Assembly: GCA_965205605.1 (NCBI GenBank)
Contig: CBDBHE010000007.1
Location: 1 to 64,000 of the forward strand
Direction of reading: 5' to 3'
Length of the DNA: 64,000 bases
Origin: Spirochaetota bacterium
GTDB taxonomy: Bacteria > Spirochaetota > UBA12135 > COTS27 > CBDBHE01
The notes beneath the pieces were generated by a model, which ran no database searches, had not been told where the DNA came from, and worked only from the letters and a program-made list of their open reading frames with translations. Shown here in pieces: positions 20,709 through 29,707 of the stretch. How positions within the stretch are numbered: position 1 is the stretch's first letter; each line of letters starts with the position of its first letter. A program made the position numbers and the translations under genes.

Positions 20709-21163
20709 TGGGAAAAGAAGCTAACAAATCAGGAATTAGGCTAGAAAATTGGGTTGAAACTCTCATTAAAGACAATCATTATCACTTTGTTCCTGCTAAT
20801 CGATATAAGGCTTCAAAAGAATTAGATCAAAAAATCTATTCAAAGCAAATAGTTATAGGGAAAACGATTTATGATACAAATAGAAAATGTGATTTTATTA
20901 CTTACAATCCTTATACAACAAAGACAGAAATAGTTATAGAATGCAAATGGCAAGATGTTGGGGGTTCTGTAGATGAGAAATACCCTTTTTTAGTTTTAAA
21001 TATCAAAAAAATAGGCATCAATACTATTATTATTTTAGATGGTGATGGATATAAAAAGAAAGCTAAAGAGTGGTTAAAAGAGCAAGTGAATGGTTGTCTA
21101 CTTGAAGTGATGTCACTTACGGAGTTTGCAAAGTATGTCAAAAAAAAGATTTATTTTAGGTAA
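20708..21163 (+). CDS. Small PD-(D/E)XK endonuclease, probable cognate restriction enzyme
   Basis: G..LE, CDF...IECKWQ..GGSVDEK.P motif; TAATG overlap with the methylase stop. Confidence 0.7.
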   Translation: MGKEANKSGIRLENWVETLIKDNHYHFVPANRYKASKELDQKIYSKQIVIGKTIYDTNRKCDFITYNPYTTKTEIVIECKWQDVGGSVDEKYPFLVLNIKKIGINTIIILDGDGYKKKAKEWLKEQVNGCLLEVMSLTEFAKYVKKKIYFR

Positions 21164-21297
21164 AACTGATAGGTCGCTATCATAAAAAATCATCTTTGAA
21201 ACTATCAATTATTGCGATAGCAATAAAATTAATGCCGATAAAGCATAATAGCTACCGAAGAGAAAAAAGCAAGAAGAACAAATACATGACTAACTAT

Positions 21298-24045
21298 TTA
21301 TTTGCTGACTTCTTTTAGACCTATTTCAAAATCTTCCTGCTGTTTAGCAACATTCTCTAATTCTTTGGAATTGGGATCAAGAGGGAAATTGGTATTTTTT
21401 CGCAACTTCATCTTTGTTATAGTTGGCTTAATTGAATACACAAATTGCTCTTTAGAGGGAACACTATTAAAAACAGCAGTCGTGCCTTTGTATCCCACTC
21501 TTCCTGCATAATTAGGAAAAGCCCTGACGGTTATTTTACCTGGTTTTAAGGTAGAACGAATCAAAACTGATGCCACTCCCATTGATACTTTTTGAGGATT
21601 AATTTCGGCCTGAAGCTTGTCACCTATACCGATGATTTCACCTTCCCCTTCAATTTCAAAATAAATACAAGCATCGCTTAAGCGCACAGGTCTACCTTGC
21701 TTGTCTGTAAGGTAGGCATCGACTCTAATAATGTCGCTACCATTAGCGACAAAGGGGATGTCTTGTCTGTCTAAAAACAGTCTTATTTGATCAGACCTTA
21801 AAGAAGCAAAGCGTTTATGGGTAGCCACTAATTTACCGTTGATGTACCCCTCTGCTCGAATAAATAGTTGCTCAAATTTCTTGGCACGCCCTAGTTTTTT
21901 GTGCTCATGAAATTTAAAAGCTTTCTTAAAAATAAAAGGTTTAGGATCAATACTACTTTTTTTTTGTGTGTAAGTTTTTTCATCAAACACAGAGAGTCTT
22001 ACCTCATCGCAGTTGGCAAAAACGACAACATCGGTGGGCGAAACGGGAGTCATGTAATTAGCTACGTACACCATAGGGCCACTATCTATGCCATTGCCGA
22101 GTTTCACAAAAGGATTTCGTGCGGCTTGAAAAGCGTAATAAGATATTTTAGGGCGCCTGTAGGCATCAGCTATTCCACCCGTAAAGTTAACAGGATGATA
22201 ACCCCTAGGATGGTCAAACGAATGCCAAAGAGCTTGACCGATGAAGTTTTTAGGCCTTCGAAAATACTTATACAAACTACCCCAGTAACTAGCTTTTGCA
22301 ATGGGATTATCGGGATTTTCGGTGTCTGTGTAATGAAAAGCCTGAATCAATTGAGGCCATTCACCTATTCGCATCGATATACGTGAGGTCGAATTTTGCG
22401 TATGCCAAGAATCAACGTTATCACCCCATTCACGCTGAAAAAAAACTACATTTGTCATTTTTTTAGAACCGCGATATAAAACAGTGGCATGCTCTTTTAC
22501 TGCTTTAGAATCGTCTCCACTGGTATAAAAACCATCATAAGGATACTCCTCATCCGCAGCCTGATAAGCTTGTTTTTCTACTTCATACACCGCATGTGTT
22601 TCATTTAAAGAAGCCTCCCATAGCAAAACGGACGGACGGTTTCTATCGCGTCGTACCATCCATCGATTGTTTTGGATGTATCGTTTAGAAAAATTATCGT
22701 TTGTTTTATTAAAAAATTGCCATCCAGGGGTTGTACTGATGAAAAACATACCAAGGCTATCGCATGCATCCATGAAAGCAGGATCTTGTACATAGTGGGC
22801 TGAGCGAATAATGCGCATTCCAGCGTCACGCAATTTTTTGACGTCCTTGTAGTGCAGCGAATTAGGCAAAGCATTGCCAATGTGTGCGTACTCTTGATGA
22901 CGATTGGCCCCGCTTAATTTTTCACTAAAATATTCTTCGTTAAGAAAAAAACCATCGATCGTTATTTTAAGCGAGCGAAGCCCTATTTTCATGCGTACTT
23001 TATCCACGAGTTTACCCTTGGGATTATAAACACTTATCACGAGATCGTGTAAGTTAGGATAATCGGGATGCCAAAGAATGGGCTTATTAATCACAAATTT
23101 TTGTTCTACGTGATTTTGCTTGCCCTCCTGCAGAGTAAAGGAAGTGGTTTTTTTGATAATGAGTTTATTTTTTTGATTAAAAAATTCGGTCTTGATACGA
23201 TGCTTTTTATTATTTTTAGTGCCATCGTTTTGCACATGGGTTTTCACAAACACTTCGGCTTGCTTTTTATTCACTTTCCCAAAATGCACAAACACTCCTC
23301 CACCAGCTACGTAATCTACGTAGTTTGGATCGGTAATGTAGGTTTTTTCTGTAGCAATTAAAAACACATCTCGATAAATCCCACCGCTATAAACAAAGTC
23401 CAAAGAGCTCTGAGATTTGCCAGGTGGGTAACTATCATTATCAGAATTATCCGCCATCACCGCAATCACATTCTTACCTCTTTTAAGTTTACCGGTTAAA
23501 TCCACAATAATAGGCATGTAGCCACCAAAGTACTCTTTCATTAAACTGCCGTTAACATAAATTTTACTACGGCCCATAATGGCTTCAAAATGCAAAAAAA
23601 CCTTTCTGTTTTCTAAATAAGGAGGAGGTGTGAAAGTTTTTCTGTACCACACAACTCCTTGATAATTAACACCCCCACTAGCTTCTTCTGGTAAGTACTC
23701 AATAGGATGAGGAGTGTTAACCACCTTCCAAGTGCTATCATTAAAGTCAATACTATACACGCCCTCTACATCGACATCGCCTTTGTAAAAACGCCAACCT
23801 ATATTAAAGTTGTAAGTTTTTCGTGGGCTATTCTTGACGTTATAAAAATGTGCTTTAGAAAATTCAAACCTGCCATCAGGTCGCTTGTTATCTATTTTGA
23901 CAATACTTTTTTCTTTGTCTTGCTTATCAACAAAATAATCATCTTGAGCATAAATAGTACTGCTAGAAATAAACAAAATAAAGCTGACGATTAACTTAAC
24001 AATTATAATTTTTTTTATCATTTTTACCTCTCTTTGAAAAATCAC
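21298..24045 (-). CDS. Secreted glycoside hydrolase family 2 (beta-galactosidase-like)
   Basis: Signal peptide, GVVWYRKTF, HFEAIM, GGIYRDV, GANRHQE, IRSAHY, RDRNRPSVLLWE.SLNE acid/base motif, C-terminal Ig domains; probable start MIKKII at about 24021. Confidence 0.9.
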   Translation of the reverse strand: MIFQREVKMIKKIIIVKLIVSFILFISSSTIYAQDDYFVDKQDKEKSIVKIDNKRPDGRFEFSKAHFYNVKNSPRKTYNFNIGWRFYKGDVDVEGVYSIDFNDSTWKVVNTPHPIEYLPEEASGGVNYQGVVWYRKTFTPPPYLENRKVFLHFEAIMGRSKIYVNGSLMKEYFGGYMPIIVDLTGKLKRGKNVIAVMADNSDNDSYPPGKSQSSLDFVYSGGIYRDVFLIATEKTYITDPNYVDYVAGGGVFVHFGKVNKKQAEVFVKTHVQNDGTKNNKKHRIKTEFFNQKNKLIIKKTTSFTLQEGKQNHVEQKFVINKPILWHPDYPNLHDLVISVYNPKGKLVDKVRMKIGLRSLKITIDGFFLNEEYFSEKLSGANRHQEYAHIGNALPNSLHYKDVKKLRDAGMRIIRSAHYVQDPAFMDACDSLGMFFISTTPGWQFFNKTNDNFSKRYIQNNRWMVRRDRNRPSVLLWEASLNETHAVYEVEKQAYQAADEEYPYDGFYTSGDDSKAVKEHATVLYRGSKKMTNVVFFQREWGDNVDSWHTQNSTSRISMRIGEWPQLIQAFHYTDTENPDNPIAKASYWGSLYKYFRRPKNFIGQALWHSFDHPRGYHPVNFTGGIADAYRRPKISYYAFQAARNPFVKLGNGIDSGPMVYVANYMTPVSPTDVVVFANCDEVRLSVFDEKTYTQKKSSIDPKPFIFKKAFKFHEHKKLGRAKKFEQLFIRAEGYINGKLVATHKRFASLRSDQIRLFLDRQDIPFVANGSDIIRVDAYLTDKQGRPVRLSDACIYFEIEGEGEIIGIGDKLQAEINPQKVSMGVASVLIRSTLKPGKITVRAFPNYAGRVGYKGTTAVFNSVPSKEQFVYSIKPTITKMKLRKNTNFPLDPNSKELENVAKQQEDFEIGLKEVSK

Positions 24046-24626
24046 TACATTGGTTAATAGAAATCTGCACGTTCATTAAGTATAGCAAACAATAAAATCA
24101 TAACAAACAACAAAATTAAAATCAAATTGACACTACCAAATTTTTCACTTGCCCTTTAACCTTAAAAAGTACACACACTTACCACCATGACAAATTTTAA
24201 AGTACGCCCAGCTACTTAGCACCAGCTATCGGATTAAAAAAAAAAAATTAAGACAAATCAAAAGCTCTATTGATATTTTTTGTCCAAATTTCAGGAAATC
24301 GAAAAATCTTAAACCCAACTACTTTCAGAAATAATTTTATTTCAAACACCTTCCCTTTTATTACACGAAGAAAACTTTTCCTTTACCTAAAAAAATAAGG
24401 ATTTTTTATTTTGTATCTTTCAATTATACGTTTATAGCTTCTTTCAAAGAGCTCAGGCGAAGAATCGCTTTTAATTAAAAAGTTATTATTAAAAAATTTT
24501 CTTGCAGGTTAACTTTATAAACATAAATATCATGCTATTTTTTAGATAGGTGGTTATTATTTTGACCTCATATTACAATCCTATTAATTAGGAAATAATA
24601 CTTAAAAAATTAAAATAAAAAAACAA

Positions 24627-25100
24627 ATGATTAACTATTGGTTAATGAAAACAGAGCCCTCTGTGTATTCTATTAATGATTTAAAAAAAGATAAACAATG
24701 TTTTTGGGAAGGAGTTAGAAATTATCAAGCTAGAAATTACTTAAGGGACAGCATTAAAAAAGAAGATCGGATCCTTATTTATCATTCCAATCAAAATCCC
24801 CCTGCTACTGTGGGGACAGCTATCGTCATTAAAGAAGGTTATGCAGATCATACGGCTTGGGATAAAGAAAGTCGTTATTATGACTCTAAATCTTCTAAAG
24901 AAAATCCAAGGTGGTTTATGGTTGACCTTGCTTTTGAAAAAAAATTTCAACAAGAAGTTTCTTTAGAACTCATTAAAAAAACAAAAAGTTTAGAAGGTAT
25001 TTTAGTCGCTCAAAAAGGGTCCAGGCTTTCAGTCCAACCTGTCACTCAAAAACATTTTAAAATCATTGAGCAAATAGGAAATCTCCAATTAAAAAACTAA
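24627..25100 (+). CDS. EVE domain protein (THYN1-like, PUA superfamily)
   Basis: YWLMKTEP..YSI.DL, WEGVRNYQARN, YHS, YYDSKS..ENPRWFMVD, RLSVQPV. Confidence 0.93.
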   Translation: MINYWLMKTEPSVYSINDLKKDKQCFWEGVRNYQARNYLRDSIKKEDRILIYHSNQNPPATVGTAIVIKEGYADHTAWDKESRYYDSKSSKENPRWFMVDLAFEKKFQQEVSLELIKKTKSLEGILVAQKGSRLSVQPVTQKHFKIIEQIGNLQLKN

Positions 25101-25895
25101 ATGCCTCTTAAGACTCTAAGCCAAAAAAAAATTGTACTTTCAACCATCAATCAAAAAAATATCGAAAAACAATTTGATCATATTTCTTTTGAAGCCCAAA
25201 GACATCTTTATTTTTCAGACAAACAAGAATATATTTCTGTAAGTGCTTTTTTAGAACAATTTACTAAAGTTTTTGATCGAAACAATATTGCTAAAAAAGT
25301 CTCAAAAAAAAAAGGAATTTCAGCAGAAGAAATTAAAACACATTGGGAGATTAGAAGAGATTATTCGATCGTAAGGGGGACAGAGTTTCACTTGTATGTT
25401 GAAAAATATTTAAAAGAAAACAGAAAAAATATGCCTTGTACTCCCATCGATCATGAAATTAAAGAATTTCATCGATTTTGGGATCAGAAAAATAAAAATC
25501 GATACGAAGTCGTCGCCACAGAACTTGTCGTCGCAGATGATGAGCTTCTTATTGCAGGGACGCTTGATTGTTTAGTTAAAAATAATCATAATAATCATTT
25601 CTATCTTTTTGATTGGAAAACAAATCAAGAAATTAAAAATAGCAATACTTATGAAAATTTTAAAAAGCCTTTATCTCACTTGGAAAATTGTCACTTAAAT
25701 AAATATTCTCTTCAGTCTTCTATTTACAAAAAGCTTTTAGAAAAAAAAATTGATATCACCATTAAAAAAAAATTTTTAATTCACTTCCCTAGAAATAAAA
25801 CCTACCAAGTGATTCCCATCAAAAATTTGGATCAAGAAGTAGAAGCGCTTTTTGAAGAAAGACAAAAAAAACTAAAAACGTCTATTTATGCTTAA
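25101..25895 (+). CDS. PD-(D/E)XK nuclease (RecB/Cas4-like exonuclease, phage-type)
   Basis: H.Y......SVS, RGTEFH.YVE, E.VV......IAGTLD, FDWKT, Y.LQ...Y motifs. Confidence 0.8.
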   Translation: MPLKTLSQKKIVLSTINQKNIEKQFDHISFEAQRHLYFSDKQEYISVSAFLEQFTKVFDRNNIAKKVSKKKGISAEEIKTHWEIRRDYSIVRGTEFHLYVEKYLKENRKNMPCTPIDHEIKEFHRFWDQKNKNRYEVVATELVVADDELLIAGTLDCLVKNNHNNHFYLFDWKTNQEIKNSNTYENFKKPLSHLENCHLNKYSLQSSIYKKLLEKKIDITIKKKFLIHFPRNKTYQVIPIKNLDQEVEALFEERQKKLKTSIYA

Positions 25896-26488
25896 AAAAA
25901 ATTCAAATGTTCAAAAACTTCATCAATTAAATAAGACATACTATTAGGCAAAGAAGAAAGTTTTAATCCTTCTTTTTTGACAGCTTTAATCATTTGTCCT
26001 TGTTTAATTTTTTCTTTTTTATGAGTATTGTTATCAAAAAAAACTTCTGCTTCTCCTTTGATGATCCCAAAATAAGAAGCCTCTTGATTTACAAAAACAT
26101 AAGCTTGCATTTTATCACTTAAAAATCTTGTTGTTGCGTAAGAAGTCTTCATCAAAAAATCTCTCCATTCCCATTTATTTTTTATAACAATATAAGCTCT
26201 ACCTGAATAAAGCTGAAGGTAAAAATTTAAAAAATTATTTCCAATTTTCATTTCGCCTGACTCTAAACGAACTAAGTAATGATCAAAAAAAACAATATCA
26301 ACAACAGATCCTATTCCTTTCGTCGTAATAATCGAATTGCCTCTAACCCTATCTCCCTTAACAAGTTTTTTGCTATTATTTAAGGTAACTTCACCAGTAA
26401 GGTATTTGACTTTTCCTTGAATAAAACCTTGAGAACAACTTATCAAGAAACCAAAGATTAAAAACGATATTAAAATAAAAAAATTCAT
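25892..26488 (-). CDS. FecR-domain putative lipoprotein (LipL45-like)
   Basis: Lipobox-like FLISC; G.V.Y..GEV...L..GD.V.....I.T......D, L.SG, TSYAT, IIKGEAEV FecR pattern. Confidence 0.6.
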   Translation of the reverse strand: MNFFILISFLIFGFLISCSQGFIQGKVKYLTGEVTLNNSKKLVKGDRVRGNSIITTKGIGSVVDIVFFDHYLVRLESGEMKIGNNFLNFYLQLYSGRAYIVIKNKWEWRDFLMKTSYATTRFLSDKMQAYVFVNQEASYFGIIKGEAEVFFDNNTHKKEKIKQGQMIKAVKKEGLKLSSLPNSMSYLIDEVFEHLNFF

Positions 26489-26795
26489 TATATCGTAAAG
26501 TGATTTACGCTTTCCAACCCTTTCACTAGCTCATTTAAAAATACTTAAACACTCATAAAATCTCAGCTGTAATGACTAAAATAATTTTAGTAAAAAAACT
26601 ACTTTTTTTAAAAAAAATAAACAAGCTATTGCCTTTTGCTAAACGATTAATTATACTAGGATTAATAAAATATCTATAGCAAAATGTTTTAAAAATTAAG
26701 TGATTTTGAAGAAATAGAAGAGATTTTTGTTACTAGATTTATTGATCGTCTAAAGCAAAAATAATTTACATCAAACAAAATTTGGATTTAAAAAA

Positions 26796-27947
26796 ATGAA
26801 AATGAAAAAAATTCTAAAAAAAAGCAAACTTATTTTTTCTCTGATTTTTTTTCTTATCACTTCTTTATTAAGCCAAAACGTTCTTCATCAAATTAAACTT
26901 CCAAAAAATTTTCAAATTGATTACTTTGCAAAAAATGTTCCCTCAGCTCGCTCTATGACTTTAAGTCCTTCAGGAGTCCTCTACGTCGGGACTCGTACCT
27001 CAAAACTCTATGCCATTTTTGATAACAACAAAGACTACAAAGCAGACAAAGTTTTAATTTTAAGAAATGATTTAGAAATGCCAAATGGAGTGGCCTTTTA
27101 CAAGAAAGCTCTTTATGTTGCTGAAAAAACTCGAATTTTAAAATTTGATCATATAGAAGATTATTTTAAAACACCAAAAGGTTTAACTCAAAGCATTCCT
27201 TTCAAAGTGATCAGAGGTGATTTCCCAACAAATCGTTCGCATAGCTGGAAATTCATTGGTGTTGGACCTGATGAAAAACTGTATGTCCCTGTTGGAGCTC
27301 CTTGTAATATTTGTAAACCCAATCCTAAAAAATATGCTGCTATATTTAGACTGAGTTTGGATGGTAGAAAAAAAGAAGTCTTTGCCAAAGGGATTCGAAA
27401 TACAGTTGGTTTTGATTGGCATCCTAAAACAAAAGAACTTTGGTTTACAGACAATGGAAGAGATTGGTTAGGTGATCACTTACCACCAGATGAACTCAAT
27501 CGAGCTACAAAAGAAAAAATGCATTTTGGCTACCCATATATTCACGGAAAAAACATTAAAGATCCTAAATATGGAAAAAAAAGTGATCCTTTTGACTATA
27601 CTCCTTCGGCTTTTGATTTTAAAGCTCACGTAGCTCCTTTAGGAATGCGGTTTTATCAAGGAGATTTATTCCCAAAAAAATATCATCATCAAATTTTCAT
27701 CGCTCAACATGGATCTTGGAACCGATCCAAAAAAATAGGGTATCGACTTGTCGTTGTTTTTTTAGAAAACAATAAAGCCATTAAAAAAGAAATCTTTGCC
27801 AAAGGGTGGCTAAATGAAAAAACTCAAAAAATCACTGGTAGACCGGTGGATGTTTTAACGATGCCTGATGGATCATTACTCATCTCAGATGATTATAGAG
27901 GTTGTATTTATCGAGTGACTTATCTATCAAAAAATAAATTGAAATAA
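26796..27947 (+). CDS. PQQ-dependent sugar/sorbosone dehydrogenase family beta-propeller
   Basis: Signal peptide, GPDEKLYVPVGAPCNIC, GIRNTVGFDWHP, DNGRDWLGD..PPDELN, HGSWNRS, GRPVD...DGSLLISDD. Confidence 0.9.
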   Translation: MKMKKILKKSKLIFSLIFFLITSLLSQNVLHQIKLPKNFQIDYFAKNVPSARSMTLSPSGVLYVGTRTSKLYAIFDNNKDYKADKVLILRNDLEMPNGVAFYKKALYVAEKTRILKFDHIEDYFKTPKGLTQSIPFKVIRGDFPTNRSHSWKFIGVGPDEKLYVPVGAPCNICKPNPKKYAAIFRLSLDGRKKEVFAKGIRNTVGFDWHPKTKELWFTDNGRDWLGDHLPPDELNRATKEKMHFGYPYIHGKNIKDPKYGKKSDPFDYTPSAFDFKAHVAPLGMRFYQGDLFPKKYHHQIFIAQHGSWNRSKKIGYRLVVVFLENNKAIKKEIFAKGWLNEKTQKITGRPVDVLTMPDGSLLISDDYRGCIYRVTYLSKNKLK

Positions 27948-27978
27948 AATAAAAATTATAAAATAAATAATCCTCTAA

Positions 27979-29307
27979 TTAAAAAAGAATCATTTTCTTT
28001 TTAATCAAAAAAATCAATCTAAGCCATAAAAGAAAAAAATAAAAAAACACATTTACCCCAAAACTAACAACCAATCCTTTATCTCCAAAAGCCCAAAAAA
28101 GCAAACTCGAATGAATAAAAAAAAATATTAAATTACCCAACGCTGAAAAAAAGAGATCCTTCATTCTTTCCAAAACATACATCATTGGACTAATCCAAAA
28201 AATAACGAGATATCCCAAATATCCAGGGAACAATAAAAGAAAATAAGTAAAAGATTTTGTATAAGCACTCCCATACAAAAAATAAATGACTTGCTCAAAA
28301 AATAAAAAACTAAAACCATAAAAAACACCTAAAATTAACACCCAAAAAGGACTTAATTTTTTGACGTATAAAAAAAATTGCTTGATGTTTTTTTCAGCCA
28401 TTATTTGATTTAAGTCATGAAAAAGAATCTTATTGAAATTTAAAAAAAAATTGATGAAAATCGAAGAAAGCGATTTAGCCAATTTATACAACCCAACATT
28501 TGCCTTAGAAGTTAATAAACTCATTAATAAAACATCTCCATTTTTTAGCAAATTATTTAAAAAATTTAAAAAATAAGAATATTTTAAAAAAAATCCAAAA
28601 TCTTTCAATATAGACCATTTAAAAAAACCTATGAAAGGATTTTTAGAAGAAAAATACTTTTGATAATATTTTTTAATTAAATAAAAAACTTGGGAAAATG
28701 TAATCAAAAAAGTAAGAAACCGATAAAACAAATAAGTCCATGCTATGCAATAAAGTGTTAAAAGATTCATTTTAAATAATGAAAAAATAATCCCAAGTAA
28801 AAAGAATTGTAAAATCATACTTGTGATAGAAAAAAGCAACATTTTTTTACGATCCCTTAAAATAGAAAAATAGATGGGTTCTAAAAAACCAAATAGTAAG
28901 ATAAAACTATAAATAAAAGCAGCTTGTTGGTTGGAAGGGAAAAAACGAGTATGAAAAAATTTCAAACAAATAAGATATGTCAGTAAAGGCAAAAAAGATT
29001 GACTTAAAAAATTAAGAAAAAAAGTCGCTCTAAAAAGATGTAATAGCTTCTCTTGACTTTCTAATTGATATTTAAACAAGTATTTTGAAAAAGCTTCTTG
29101 CATTTTAAAAGAAAAAAAGGCTTGAACAAAAAGAGAAAACGAAATAATAATCGCCCACACCCCATAAATCGAAGGTGAAAACGATCTTATTAAAATTAAA
29201 TTAATTAAAAATCCAACAAAAATTTTGAAAAAATCAGAAATAGTATAAAAAGCTGAATTTTTAAAAAAATCAAAAAACCTTTTAGATTTTAAAAGTTTAC
29301 CTATCAT
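27979..29307 (-). CDS. Wzx/MOP-superfamily oligosaccharide flippase
   Basis: About 12 hydrophobic TM segments; R.FSP..YG.W, D.LL......VGLY.LA and LYG..Y motifs. Confidence 0.75.
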   Translation of the reverse strand: MIGKLLKSKRFFDFFKNSAFYTISDFFKIFVGFLINLILIRSFSPSIYGVWAIIISFSLFVQAFFSFKMQEAFSKYLFKYQLESQEKLLHLFRATFFLNFLSQSFLPLLTYLICLKFFHTRFFPSNQQAAFIYSFILLFGFLEPIYFSILRDRKKMLLFSITSMILQFFLLGIIFSLFKMNLLTLYCIAWTYLFYRFLTFLITFSQVFYLIKKYYQKYFSSKNPFIGFFKWSILKDFGFFLKYSYFLNFLNNLLKNGDVLLMSLLTSKANVGLYKLAKSLSSIFINFFLNFNKILFHDLNQIMAEKNIKQFFLYVKKLSPFWVLILGVFYGFSFLFFEQVIYFLYGSAYTKSFTYFLLLFPGYLGYLVIFWISPMMYVLERMKDLFFSALGNLIFFFIHSSLLFWAFGDKGLVVSFGVNVFFYFFLLWLRLIFLIKKKMILF

Positions 29308-29707
29308 TAAAAAACATATATTTTATTATATAATAGCAAAACCACTTCTTTTAAAAAATAATATTTTTTTTAACAAAGAAACCATGCAAATCTTCAAATA
29401 ATTTTTCCTTAATTTTCTAGAAAAGTGAGCTTACTTTTAAAAAAAAACGGATATAAAATAAAATATTTTTTACAAGATAATCCTAAAAAATAAATTTCAT
29501 AAAAAGAAAATTTTTACTGCAGACGTCCATTCAGAAATAAAATTAAGTAAAGTATTTTTAGAGGAAAAAGCCTACGTTTATGGACTGGGTCAAAAAAATC
29601 TTTCAATAAAGGTAAACCATCATCCCCATTTTTCATTTTTATCTTTAGATTTTTTAAAAAGAAAAAATTTCAACTCACTTATGACTAAGTTAATACGTTA
29701 TTCATTT

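Larger units (their letters stand above)
19133..21253 (+). mobile_element. Putative degenerate IS1595-family transporter element carrying an R-M module
   Basis: Transposase remnant at the left. Imperfect inverted repeats TGTCATTATGCTTTTTC (19133-19149) and reverse complement AGCTATTATGCTTTATC (21237-21253). No target duplication found. Confidence 0.45.

Noticed and set aside
21253-21262. TACCGAAGAG resembles the tRNA-Leu 3' end (TACCGAAAGAG at 30318) as a possible att site bounding a 9-kb island
   Set aside because: Only 7 exact bases plus a gapped 3-mer, and no integrase; compatible with chance.
23300-23307. E. coli Chi octamer GCTGGTGG on the minus strand, in a window encoding RecBCD
   Set aside because: Single noticed occurrence, encoding Ala-Gly-Gly in the foreign-looking GH2; Chi sequences are lineage-specific.
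24505-24526. GGTTAACTTTATAAACAT resembles the iron-gene operator
   Set aside because: One base shorter in the spacer, lacks the surrounding conserved cassette, and is likely by chance in AT-rich DNA.
25101-25895. Nuclease considered as Cas4
   Set aside because: Lacks the four-Cys Fe-S arrangement and has no cas1/cas2 or array context.
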